32,000 bases of DNA from Cylindrospermopsis raciborskii Cr2010 (GTDB lineage Bacteria; Cyanobacteriota; Cyanobacteriia; Cyanobacteriales; Nostocaceae). This document shows, piece after piece, positions 15,760-23,879 of the stretch. The notes beneath the pieces are model-generated. The model worked only from the letters and a program-made list of their open reading frames with translations, ran no database searches and had not been told where the DNA came from. Location of the stretch: positions 3,180,001-3,212,000 of the forward strand of contig NZ_CP065936.1 of NCBI RefSeq assembly GCF_003367075.2, written 5' to 3'. How positions within the stretch are numbered: the first letter of the stretch is position 1; every line of letters starts with the position of its first letter. The translations under genes were made by a program, and so were the position numbers.

Positions 15760-15837
15760 ATTTAGTCTCTCTCTTGCGATCGCATTTCTATATTTTTATC
15801 CTCCAGTCCCTATTCTAACACAGTATTTTTTGGGCGA
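14995..15837. repeat. Copy-B counterpart of the two duplicated helicase blocks
   Basis: 14995-15262 equals 9622-9889 (offset 5373). 15262-15837 equals 11121-11696 (offset 4141). The two blocks share the single T at 15262. Confidence 0.9.
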
Positions 15838-16033
15838 TTTGTGGTCCAGCGAGTGGGACTTGTGGCTTTCTGGTGGCTGCTAATGAATATTTACGGGAAC
15901 ATCACCCGGAAGTAAGGAAGTTGTGCATGAGCAGGTTGATCATCTTGCACCTCAAGAAATTCTGGCTAATTTAGCGAAGTTAGAGGTGGAAATTCAGCAG
16001 GGGATGGAGAAATTAGAGGGGATGCTGAAATAA
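15838..16033 (+). pseudogene. hsdM: Relic of a type I R-M methyltransferase (HsdM-like): motif-I segment joined to the extreme C-terminus
   Basis: Frame A (from 15840) reads CGPASGTCGFLVAANEYLREHHPEV, which resembles the HsdM AdoMet motif DPxxGTxGFLxxAxEYL. Frame B reads ...KEVVHEQVDHLAPQEILANLAKLEVEIQQGMEKLEGMLK* (stop 16031-16033), a typical HsdM C-terminal helix. The two are in different frames about 10 codons apart, so most of the gene is deleted. Confidence 0.45.
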
Positions 16034-16086
16034 TTGTGTTTGTTAAGATTAATTTGACTGTATTTTAAGTTTTATTAGGATGAAAT

Positions 16087-16383
16087 GTGATGAAAACCTT
16101 TGATGAACTCCGACAACTTTTATCACTACAAAAGCAATCTCTCTGTGAAATTTATCAAATTACAGAAATTGGGATCTTTGGTTCTTATGCTAGGGGTGAG
16201 GAGACGGAAGCAAGTGATGTTGATATTTTGGTTGATTATGAAACAGCGCCTACTTTTATTATGTTAGTGGAACTTAGGGATTATTTAAGTCAGTTGTTTG
16301 GCTTGAAGGTGGATGTTGTTACTAAGAACGGGCTTAAACCCCGGATTCGTGAGCGTGTTTTGGCTGAGGCTATTTATATATGA
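16087..16383 (+). CDS. mntA: MNT-type nucleotidyltransferase (type VII TA antitoxin, MntA-like)
   Basis: GIFGSYARGEETEASDVDILVDY is the GSxxRG...DxD minimal nucleotidyltransferase signature. The 4-nt overlap (ATGA) with the downstream DUF86 gene is the classic pairing. Confidence 0.85.
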   Translation: MMKTFDELRQLLSLQKQSLCEIYQITEIGIFGSYARGEETEASDVDILVDYETAPTFIMLVELRDYLSQLFGLKVDVVTKNGLKPRIRERVLAEAIYI

Positions 16384-16721
16384 AGCGTAGTTATACGGAA
16401 TTTTTACAGGATATTTTAGACGCTATTACAGAAATTGGTTTGTTTGTAAATGGTGTTAGTTATGAGGCTTTTGAGTCCAACAGAGAGAAAACTTTGGCGG
16501 TGGTGAAGTTATTAGAAGTTATTGGGGAAGCTGTTAAAAAAATTCCTAATGAACGCCGTGAACAGTATCCAGATATACCTTGGAAATCTATAGCAGGTAT
16601 GAAGGATATGCTTGTACATGAATATTGGCAGGTTGATGTGGCGGTTGTCTGGGCTACGGTTCAGCTTTCTTTACCATTATTAAAAGCAGTTGTAGTGATG
16701 GAATTGGAGGAAAAACCATAG
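16380..16721 (+). CDS. hepT: HepT-like DUF86 HEPN protein (type VII TA toxin family)
   Basis: DUF86 layout: FLQDILDAI..I......YEAFESNREKTLAVVKLLEVIGEAVKKIP......YPDIPWKSIAGMKDMLVHEYWQVD. The usual R-N-x3-H-x-Y motif reads K-D-M-L-V-H-E-Y here. Confidence 0.8.
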   Translation: MKRSYTEFLQDILDAITEIGLFVNGVSYEAFESNREKTLAVVKLLEVIGEAVKKIPNERREQYPDIPWKSIAGMKDMLVHEYWQVDVAVVWATVQLSLPLLKAVVVMELEEKP

Positions 16722-16799
16722 TGAAAAACAGAGAAATTTTGCCAAATTAGCCAAGTGGGTCTAGACAACGGTAAGAGTAAGGGATTAGAATAAGGGATA

Positions 16800-16919
16800 G
16801 ACCGCTTCTATCTAAGAAGCAGAATTAATGGAAACTCAATAAAGTATCAGCCCGTGAAATGTCTGGTATTACAAAAAAGACCGCTTCCTTCAGTGGAAGC
16901 GGAACTAATAAAAGTAAAC
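16800..16919 (+). CRISPR. Degenerate two-repeat CRISPR-like relic (repeat, 43-nt spacer, repeat)
   Basis: R1 (16800-16835) is GACCGCTTCTATCTAAGAAGCAGAATTAATGGAAAC. R2 (16879-16919) is GACCGCTTCCTTCAGTGGAAGCGGAACTAATAAAAGTAAAC. They share the GACCGCTTC...GAAGC.GAA.TAAT...AAAC frame, an internal hairpin (CCGCTTCC/GGAAGCGG in R2) and a ...GGAAAC 3' end typical of cyanobacterial type III repeats. Only two copies are present, and they have diverged. Confidence 0.4.
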
Positions 16920-17046
16920 ACAGGTTAAAGCTGGGGATTTATATCCTTTTTAAAATGCTCTGACCCAGGGATTTACAAAACAAAATCATCAATTATTTTA
17001 ATTAAGTATCTTTATTTTCGTGATAAAGTAAAAGCTTTAGCGATTT

Positions 17047-17619
17047 ATGATTATGCCAGAATCAGATTCACCAGGACTTTTTCGGGTAGAAATTGAAGAA
17101 ATAGAAGTTAAAGAAAATTACTCGCAAGATTTACCAAATTTTCTCTCAGGTAAATTAACCTTGCACCACAATTCTCAATCACAAAATTTACCAGAAAATA
17201 GACAACAAGCTTTAAGCCTTTTACTCTATAATTTAACTTGGTTAATGTTTCGTTTAGGAGGGGTTGGACAAGGCGCAAGACGACCCTGTTATAAGAGAAG
17301 TAGCAATCCATATTGGCGCGGTTCCACTTTAATTCCCCCAGATACAACTGGCGAATTTTGGAATTTACCTGATACTCTATTAGAATTTCAAGAATTATTC
17401 CGAACCCGACTCAAAGACTTTTATAGAGGTTTACGTACTTTTAGTCTGATAGCATTTGACTATAATGAGTTAAAAACCGTTCAGACTACAAGTAGAGAAT
17501 GGATTGAAACTGTGTTTGGTGCAACCACTGGATTACGGCGAGATTTTGTTCAGCAATTAACAAAAGATCCTTCTAATTGTTTACAAATTTTTCCCCTAAC
17601 CACATCTAATAGGACTTAA
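17047..17619 (+). pseudogene. Possible fragment of a CRISPR type III RAMP protein (Cmr1-like G-rich loop)
   Basis: 190-aa ORF containing WLMFRLGGVGQGARRPCYKRSSNPYWRGS, which resembles the RAMP glycine-rich loop (GGxGxxxxRRxx). It is too short for a complete RAMP protein and lies 130 bp downstream of the CRISPR-like repeats. Confidence 0.3.
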
Positions 17620-17670
17620 TGAATTACCCATACTTTCCTTTTTGCGTAAGTCCTTGGTATGCACTAAAGC

Positions 17671-17691
17671 GCACTTCCCTTTGGGAAGTGC
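17671..17691 (+). terminator. Perfect 9-bp stem / 3-nt loop hairpin just after the RAMP-like ORF
   Basis: GCACTTCCC-TTT-GGGAAGTGC followed by TATTAAATT, a weak U tract. It could equally be part of a dispersed repeat. Confidence 0.3.
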
Positions 17692-17921
17692 TATTAAATT
17701 AGCGATCGCATGAACAACTAGAGAAATGCGATCGCCCCAGAACTTAAAACATCCTTTAAAGTAGCAATCTCGCGTGTGGAGTGTTTTGGGATCTCATGTT
17801 TTTAAAAACACTCTACCCCCTACCCCAAAACCCTTGAAATAATTGATTTATATCCTTACCAAAAACCTTTATCCTCAATCTTTGATCAAGCAGGATCCGA
17901 AGTGAAATGCGAATAATCTAG

Positions 17922-17976
17922 GTTGGGTTGAGTTTAATAACCCAACACCCCCATGGGATATAAACGGGATTGCGAA
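17922..17976. repeat. Hairpin (GTTGGGTT-9 nt-AACCCAAC) plus the left copy of a ~38-bp direct repeat
   Basis: 17939-17976 AACCCAACACCCCCATGGGATATAAACGGGATTGCGAA recurs at 18959-18997. The same hairpin arms recur at 18195-18219. Confidence 0.7.
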
Positions 17977-18068
17977 GCACCAATAATCAAGACAATGGTA
18001 AATTTACATTAATACTATGATATACAGTATTTAAGCCTTAGTTTACTTACCAAGTTAAGGAATATAAA

Positions 18069-18977
18069 ATGAGTACATCAATAAGTAGAATTCGGGGAAA
18101 AGAAGCATTAGTTAGACTGGGTATAATAACATCTATATTTACAGGTATAGGTAGTATAATTGCTTCTAATATTCATTGGGTTACCCATGGGGGCGTTGGG
18201 TTTCATACTTCAACCCAACCTACGTTCATCTTATATTTAATTCCACCCACCCAATTATTTGGTTTAATACTTACAGATCCAAATGGAAAAAATATTATCT
18301 CCTATTCTGGTAAAAATTCTTCAACACCCATATCTTGGAGAGCAGCTCTTAACCCTGAAGAATTAAAAAATCATCCTTATGACCTGCTGCTTGATCCCCC
18401 TGCTATTTTTCCTCAATCGGTATATGCTAATCCTCGTGCAACCGAACGAACTGCTAATCCTTTTTCTACTAGTGGTTGGATTCACTCTTATGCTGTTGCT
18501 ATAATTGTCACTATTGTAATGGTTATTTTGATGATCTTAGAACATACTTTAGCTCGAGAAAGAGAAAAAAAACTACAAGAAAATAATAGGAAGCTGCAAA
18601 TAGACTTAGCGGAAAAAATTCAGGAACGTGAATTACAACAAACCCAAATAGATAGTCAAATCAGTCAATTTGAGCAAGAAGTTGAGCAGTTGCATAATAA
18701 AATTGGTGTTTTGAATCAATCAATAGCTCAATTACAATCTCAGTGCCAAAATGAATTATTTGAACTACAAAATAAACTTAGGGAAGCTCAATTGCAATCA
18801 CAGCAAAATTTAAATCAGCAACAAGAATACGAAAACCGCATACAACTATTGACACAACAGTTAAATGAACAAAAAGGTAATCAGTCTCAGGAACCAAGAA
18901 GACAGATTTTAATCAAGATTTTCTGCATCAAATTAAACCTAAATGGGAAGAACAATCAAACCCAACACCCCCTATGA
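18069..18977 (+). CDS. Hypothetical membrane protein with a long Q-rich coiled coil
   Basis: 302-aa ORF with hydrophobic segments (LGIITSIFTGIGSIIA; YAVAIIVTIVMVILMIL) followed by ~110 residues of heptad-like Q/E/L-rich sequence. The N-terminal region contains a dispersed-repeat hairpin and the last ~7 codons are read from the right direct repeat, so the ends are suspect. Confidence 0.4.
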   Translation: MSTSISRIRGKEALVRLGIITSIFTGIGSIIASNIHWVTHGGVGFHTSTQPTFILYLIPPTQLFGLILTDPNGKNIISYSGKNSSTPISWRAALNPEELKNHPYDLLLDPPAIFPQSVYANPRATERTANPFSTSGWIHSYAVAIIVTIVMVILMILEHTLAREREKKLQENNRKLQIDLAEKIQERELQQTQIDSQISQFEQEVEQLHNKIGVLNQSIAQLQSQCQNELFELQNKLREAQLQSQQNLNQQQEYENRIQLLTQQLNEQKGNQSQEPRRQILIKIFCIKLNLNGKNNQTQHPL

Positions 18978-18997
18978 GATATAAATGCGATTGCAAA
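18959..18997. repeat. Right copy of the ~38-bp direct repeat
   Basis: AACCCAACACCCCCTATGAGATATAAATGCGATTGCAAA matches 17939-17976 at about 34 of 38 positions with one 1-nt indel. Confidence 0.7.
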
Positions 18998-19029
18998 ATA
19001 TCGCTCTTTATTTGTAGCGTATCATTGCT

Positions 19030-20925
19030 TTAAGGATGGAAATAGGCAAAAACTTGCTGTGCCAACTTCAATCCAATTCCAGGAGCTTCTGCTAATTGCT
19101 GAACTGTTGCTTGACGAATATAATCAATAGTGCGAAAATGAGCCAATAATAGCTTCTGTCGATGGACACCCAAACCAGGGATTTCATCCAAACAAGACCT
19201 TTGCCATTGATTACTTCTCTGTTGACGATGAAAACCTATAGCAAATCGATGAGCTTCATCCCTAAGTCTTCTTAACAGTTGTACACCCGGTTGCTCTGTT
19301 TGAGTTATCAAAGGTTGAGACTCCTGGGGTAAAAAGATTTCTTCTCTTTTTTTTGCCAAACTAATCACTTGTAAATCCTTTAACAAGTCAACTTCTTGTA
19401 AAATATTCACAACCGTAGATAGTTGACCCTTACCCCCATCAATCATAATTAAATCTGGCCAGTCATCATTTCCCTGTCTTGGCAATTGGGGATTTTCAAT
19501 ATACTGTCTGAATCTACGATAAATAACCTCCGCTAAACTGGCAAAATCATCAGAATGACCAATGGTGACATTAGAGTTTTTAATTTTATAGTGACGGTAA
19601 TATTGTTTAGCTGGTAGACCATCAATAAACACTACTTGGGAACCTACCGCATTACTACCTTGAATATGGGAAATATCATAACCTTCAATCCGATGAGGTA
19701 AATCTAATAAACCCAGAATTTCTGCTAAATCTTCCAGACATTTTTGATTAACCTCACCCATTTTTTGCATTCTTTTTAATTCATACTGGGCATTTTTTTC
19801 TACCATCTCAATTAATTCTGCCTTGGTTTGTCGCAAAGGAGTAATAATATTTACCTTTTTGCCTTTACGTTGCCTAAGAAAATCAGCTAAAATATCTCCA
19901 TGGGGTAATTCATATTGTACCAATATTTCCGTGGGAATTTCCACACTATCTGCAGTTTGATAGTGTTCTTCTAAAACCCTCTGTAAAATCTCCCCTGGGT
20001 CAGCATGACCATTGGCTACAAAAGCTAATCTTCCTACTAATTTGCCAGCACGAATTTGAAATAACTGAATATGGGCTTGTTGATTGTCTGTGGCTAAAGC
20101 AACAGCATCTCGAGAAACTGTATCATCGGGTAGGGATACTTTCTGACGAGCAGTTAGGGATTTTAAACCAATAATTTGATCTCTAATTCCAGCAGCAGCT
20201 TCAAACTTTAATTCACTGACGGCGGTTTCCATTTGTAATGTTAAAATATCAATTAGTTCCTCCGTTCTTCCCTGAAATACCATAGCCACTTTTTCTACAA
20301 CTTTATGATAGTCTTCTACAGAAACTAACTTTTGACATACTCCCGGACAGCGACCAATATCATAATTTAAACAAGGACGGTCTTTAAATAAAGGTTGAGG
20401 TCTTTGTCGCATGGGAAATATCTGTTGGCATATATGTAAAACTCCCCGCAATAGGGTTGAATCTGTATAGGGTCCATAATATTTATCCTTGTGTGGTCTA
20501 TCTCCTTGAAGTTTTTGTGTTCCCCGTTGACGTTTACGGGTGATAAACAGTCGCGGATATTCTTCTGACCAGGTGATACATAGGTAGGGATATTTTTTAT
20601 CATCTTTAAGTAGAACATTAAAATATGGTTGATGCTGTTTGATTAGATTTGCTTCTAATGCTAAGGCTTCCGCTTCTGTATCCGTAATGATGAATTCAAT
20701 ATCTGTAATCTGTTGCACCATTGTATTGATACGTTGGGTTTTACTTGTGTAATCCCTAAAATAAGAACGTACTCGAGAGCGTAATTTTCGTGATTTACCA
20801 ATATATATAATGGTATCCTTCTCATCTCGCATCAAATAAACCCCTGGTGCTAGGGGAATTTCTGATAAGCGACTTTCTAGTTGCTCAGGATTTTTTACCA
20901 AGGGTTGGCTGCTATATGCTCTCAC
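19030..20925 (-). CDS. uvrC: Excinuclease ABC subunit C
   Basis: 631 aa. GIY-YIG N-terminus ([30 protein letters not shown]), UvrB-interacting and Endo V-like regions, C-terminal (HhH)2 ([16 protein letters not shown]...LAEAPGIG). Confidence 0.95.
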   Translation of the reverse strand: MRAYSSQPLVKNPEQLESRLSEIPLAPGVYLMRDEKDTIIYIGKSRKLRSRVRSYFRDYTSKTQRINTMVQQITDIEFIITDTEAEALALEANLIKQHQPYFNVLLKDDKKYPYLCITWSEEYPRLFITRKRQRGTQKLQGDRPHKDKYYGPYTDSTLLRGVLHICQQIFPMRQRPQPLFKDRPCLNYDIGRCPGVCQKLVSVEDYHKVVEKVAMVFQGRTEELIDILTLQMETAVSELKFEAAAGIRDQIIGLKSLTARQKVSLPDDTVSRDAVALATDNQQAHIQLFQIRAGKLVGRLAFVANGHADPGEILQRVLEEHYQTADSVEIPTEILVQYELPHGDILADFLRQRKGKKVNIITPLRQTKAELIEMVEKNAQYELKRMQKMGEVNQKCLEDLAEILGLLDLPHRIEGYDISHIQGSNAVGSQVVFIDGLPAKQYYRHYKIKNSNVTIGHSDDFASLAEVIYRRFRQYIENPQLPRQGNDDWPDLIMIDGGKGQLSTVVNILQEVDLLKDLQVISLAKKREEIFLPQESQPLITQTEQPGVQLLRRLRDEAHRFAIGFHRQQRSNQWQRSCLDEIPGLGVHRQKLLLAHFRTIDYIRQATVQQLAEAPGIGLKLAQQVFAYFHP

Positions 20926-20999
20926 TACTCAAGTTAATTAACAAGTTAACTGATTCTAAGATATCTTAGCATTGGTATTTTAACTTAATTTGGGTGATT

Positions 21000-21416
21000 A
21001 TGGCAAGATTGCTTTTTGGAGGGATTTTAACTTTATTAGTCTTGTCTATAACTGCATGTAGTAGTCTTGTATTAATTCCAACTTATGAGTTAGTTTTCAA
21101 GGCGGTCAGTATGCAGCTAGAACAAGCTCAGCAGGAGCTAGAGCAAAAACTAGATTTGGATTTTGAAGGGTTCACTATTGAACATCTGGTAATTAATCAG
21201 CAACAAGCTCTCACAATTGAAAATTTGCCGGGTTATCATGTGGAAGGGGTTTATGATTTGAAGGTTAAATTACCAAGTAGACAAATCACCCAAACGCACA
21301 ATCATTTTAATATCTATTTACAAATTCAGAAGGAAGGTAAAAGCTGGCGACTACTCATACCTGAGAAAAGTGGGGAAAACCAACCATTAGTTTGGCGTGG
21401 TTATTTAATTATATGA
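21000..21416 (+). CDS. Small hypothetical lipoprotein
   Basis: Signal peptide with lipobox LSITAC|SS. The track ORF starts at GTG 20994, but ATG 21000 is more likely. Confidence 0.55.
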   Translation: MARLLFGGILTLLVLSITACSSLVLIPTYELVFKAVSMQLEQAQQELEQKLDLDFEGFTIEHLVINQQQALTIENLPGYHVEGVYDLKVKLPSRQITQTHNHFNIYLQIQKEGKSWRLLIPEKSGENQPLVWRGYLII

Positions 21417-21426
21417 GTTATTTCTG

Positions 21427-21457
21427 GAGTTTAGATTGTCTAAACTCACTTATTTTT
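21427..21457 (+). terminator. Rho-independent terminator of the lipoprotein gene
   Basis: GAGTTTAGA-TTG-TCTAAACTC (perfect 9-bp stem) followed by ACTTATTTTT. Confidence 0.6.
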
Positions 21458-21485
21458 GGTTTCACCTCTACCGTTTGAGGAATTC

Positions 21486-21887
21486 TTAAAAACTAGAAAA
21501 TATATTCATAACAGATGTATTCACCAGCTTAGAAGATATCTGTCGATTGATATATTTCATAATAGAAGCAATGATTTCTTCCTCAAGAATTTCACACAAT
21601 CTTGTTTTATGACCGTGTTTCATCTGTAATACTAACTCCTGAGTGCGACAAGAGATGTCTTGCATCACATATTCATCTGGCAAAATCACAGGAGTTTTTA
21701 AAATATATTTAGCAGAATTATTTGCTGAAGGGTTAATAGATTTTAAGCAATGCCAAAAAGCAGGAGAGTTACAATAAGCTAATAAGAAAAATAAATCTAT
21801 GGAAGATTTAGGAAAAATTCCTACTATAGACTGATCAAAAAGAGTCTGCTCAATTAATACTGCTGTCGGACGTTTAGAGGTTACCAT
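21486..21887 (-). pseudogene. Orphan fragment resembling the C-terminal target-recognition (TaqI_C-like) part of a type II/IIG N6-adenine methyltransferase
   Basis: 133-aa ORF. ..GIFPKSSIDLFFLLAYCNSPAFWHCLKSINPSANNSAKYILKTPVILPD resembles the '..L.llaiLNS.l..fy.k......g...f....l..lPIp' segment of the TaqI_C-type domain. No catalytic methyltransferase motifs are present. Confidence 0.35.
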
Positions 21888-21948
21888 AGGAAAGCCAATT
21901 CCTGTTTTGAAATAATATATAATAATTTATTCATTTTTCTATCAATTA

Positions 21949-22896
21949 CTATTTACGATTACAGTACATCACTAATAGAATAAATATTCCCAATCCCACT
22001 AAATACTTAACTGGATCTGGTATTATGGGGTTGGGAGAGAAAAACCCCTCGATTATTCCAGCAATAATTAGTAATGGTACAATTCCAAAAACCAATTGTG
22101 CAGCAAGGGAACTGTAATATTTAATTGCTTCTAGACGTAAATATTTACCAGGAAATAGAATTCCTCTACCCAATAATAAACCTGCTCCCCCTGCAAAAAA
22201 TATGGCAGGTAATTCCAGGGCACCATGGGGAAATACAAAGGCCCAAAATGGATAGGCTAGATTATTTTCAGCCACTAAAGTAGCAATAGAGCCAATCAAT
22301 AATCCATTGAATACTAATATGTAAATAGTGAATATTCCCCCCGTAATTCCCCCAGCAACAGCAGAAAAGGAAACGGAAATATTATTAATCATAATATTAC
22401 TGGATGCTAAGGGTTCTATACCGACTATGGAACCTATCCATAACTCACCCCGATCTTGAACTTGGGAAATCAAACTCTCAGGTATCAGTAGGGACATAAA
22501 ACTGGGATCTTGCCAAGTATACCACCAACCTACTAACATCCCTAAGATGAATAGTCCTGTAGCAGCAATGATATAGGGAAAGGTCTGTTGTACTATAGCT
22601 GGAAATCTCCAACGGTAAAACTGTATGACTCCTTCCCATTCTTGTTTTCGAGAACCTTGGTAAATTTGTGTGTAAGCACGGGTTGCTAGGAGTTGTAAAC
22701 TTTGAAATAAAGTATGGGACACGTTGTAGGTGCGCGCTCGTGCTAAGTCAGCTGTTATAGACCGATAAAGACTAGCCAGCTCTCTAATTTCTGACGATTT
22801 CAGGGATTTTAGTCTTTTTCGCTCTATTTTGCTCAAAAGGGAGTCTAACCGTTGCCAATTTTCTTCCCTTGTGCTAATCCAACGTTTAATATTCAT
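21949..22896 (-). CDS. Stage II sporulation protein M-like (COG1300/DUF95) integral membrane protein
   Basis: 315 aa. The N-terminal cytoplasmic helix region (W.RL..LL......L..L...E...L..LYR....DLA.A) followed by ~6 TM segments is typical of the SpoIIM-like family found in cyanobacteria. Confidence 0.65.
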   Translation of the reverse strand: MNIKRWISTREENWQRLDSLLSKIERKRLKSLKSSEIRELASLYRSITADLARARTYNVSHTLFQSLQLLATRAYTQIYQGSRKQEWEGVIQFYRWRFPAIVQQTFPYIIAATGLFILGMLVGWWYTWQDPSFMSLLIPESLISQVQDRGELWIGSIVGIEPLASSNIMINNISVSFSAVAGGITGGIFTIYILVFNGLLIGSIATLVAENNLAYPFWAFVFPHGALELPAIFFAGGAGLLLGRGILFPGKYLRLEAIKYYSSLAAQLVFGIVPLLIIAGIIEGFFSPNPIIPDPVKYLVGLGIFILLVMYCNRK

Positions 22897-23015
22897 TAAA
22901 TTTACGGTACTGAGGTGAATTTAGTTTAATATATTCTTACTCTCAATAATATCCGTTCCTTTTGCAAATTGCCTACTGTGATCTGACTTAGTAGTTAATT
23001 GGAGTGTTTTTTATT

Positions 23016-23876
23016 ATGGCTGAGAATAGAGGTTTTTACACCACCGGACAGGTTTTAACAGTGGGAAATGCAGTTAGCGCATCAGTTCGCTTATATCGTT
23101 CCCATTTTAAAGACTACTTTTTGCTGTCTTTAAAAGCTTGGCTATGGATATTTGTACCAGTCTACGGTTGGGCTAAATTTTGTGCTTTATCAGCTCTGAT
23201 TAGTCGTTTAGGTTTTGGTGATTTGGTTAATCAACCAGAAAGTGTTCACTCGGGTGAACGATTTGTTAATTCCCGATTGTGGCAGTTTTTAGGCACATTG
23301 ATTTTAATGTTTTTCATCTACGTTGGGATTTTTGTTAGTTTTTCTATTCTAGGATTTTTGTTGGTGCTTATTCCTACGGCAATTTTGGGTGGGTTAGACA
23401 TTCAGAATCCCACTAATATAGGTACTTGGTGGGTTCTGATATTTCTCCTAGTTCTTCTGTTGGCTATTGTCGCTATTGTAGGATCTATCTGGTTAGAAAT
23501 TCGGTTTTCTCTGGTAACTCTCCCTCTAGCAATTGAGGAAAATATGGATGCTACCTCTACTATTGGTCGCAGCTGGGAGTTAACCAAAGGTCATGTATGG
23601 AGAATATTTCTCATCCTTTTTGTAGCATCTTTAATCACTTTACCAATGCAAATTTTATTACAAATTATTTCCTTTATTGTTCAGGGAATATTGGAATTCA
23701 CATCTGACAATAATCCCCTCCTTAATAGTTTACTGCTTCTCTTCTTTATTGCTATATTTATAGGCGGTAGTGCCCTAATTTTACCTTTTTGGCAATCTCT
23801 CAGAGCTGTAATTTATTATGACTTACGCAGTCGTCGCGAAGGATTGGGTTTAAAGTTACGAGAACGGGAAATTTAA
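23016..23876 (+). CDS. Hypothetical polytopic membrane protein
   Basis: ORF 23004..23876 (GTG); ATG at 23016 is preceded by GGAG. Multiple TM segments. No family recognised. Confidence 0.55.
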   Translation: MAENRGFYTTGQVLTVGNAVSASVRLYRSHFKDYFLLSLKAWLWIFVPVYGWAKFCALSALISRLGFGDLVNQPESVHSGERFVNSRLWQFLGTLILMFFIYVGIFVSFSILGFLLVLIPTAILGGLDIQNPTNIGTWWVLIFLLVLLLAIVAIVGSIWLEIRFSLVTLPLAIEENMDATSTIGRSWELTKGHVWRIFLILFVASLITLPMQILLQIISFIVQGILEFTSDNNPLLNSLLLLFFIAIFIGGSALILPFWQSLRAVIYYDLRSRREGLGLKLREREI

Positions 23877-23879
23877 ACC

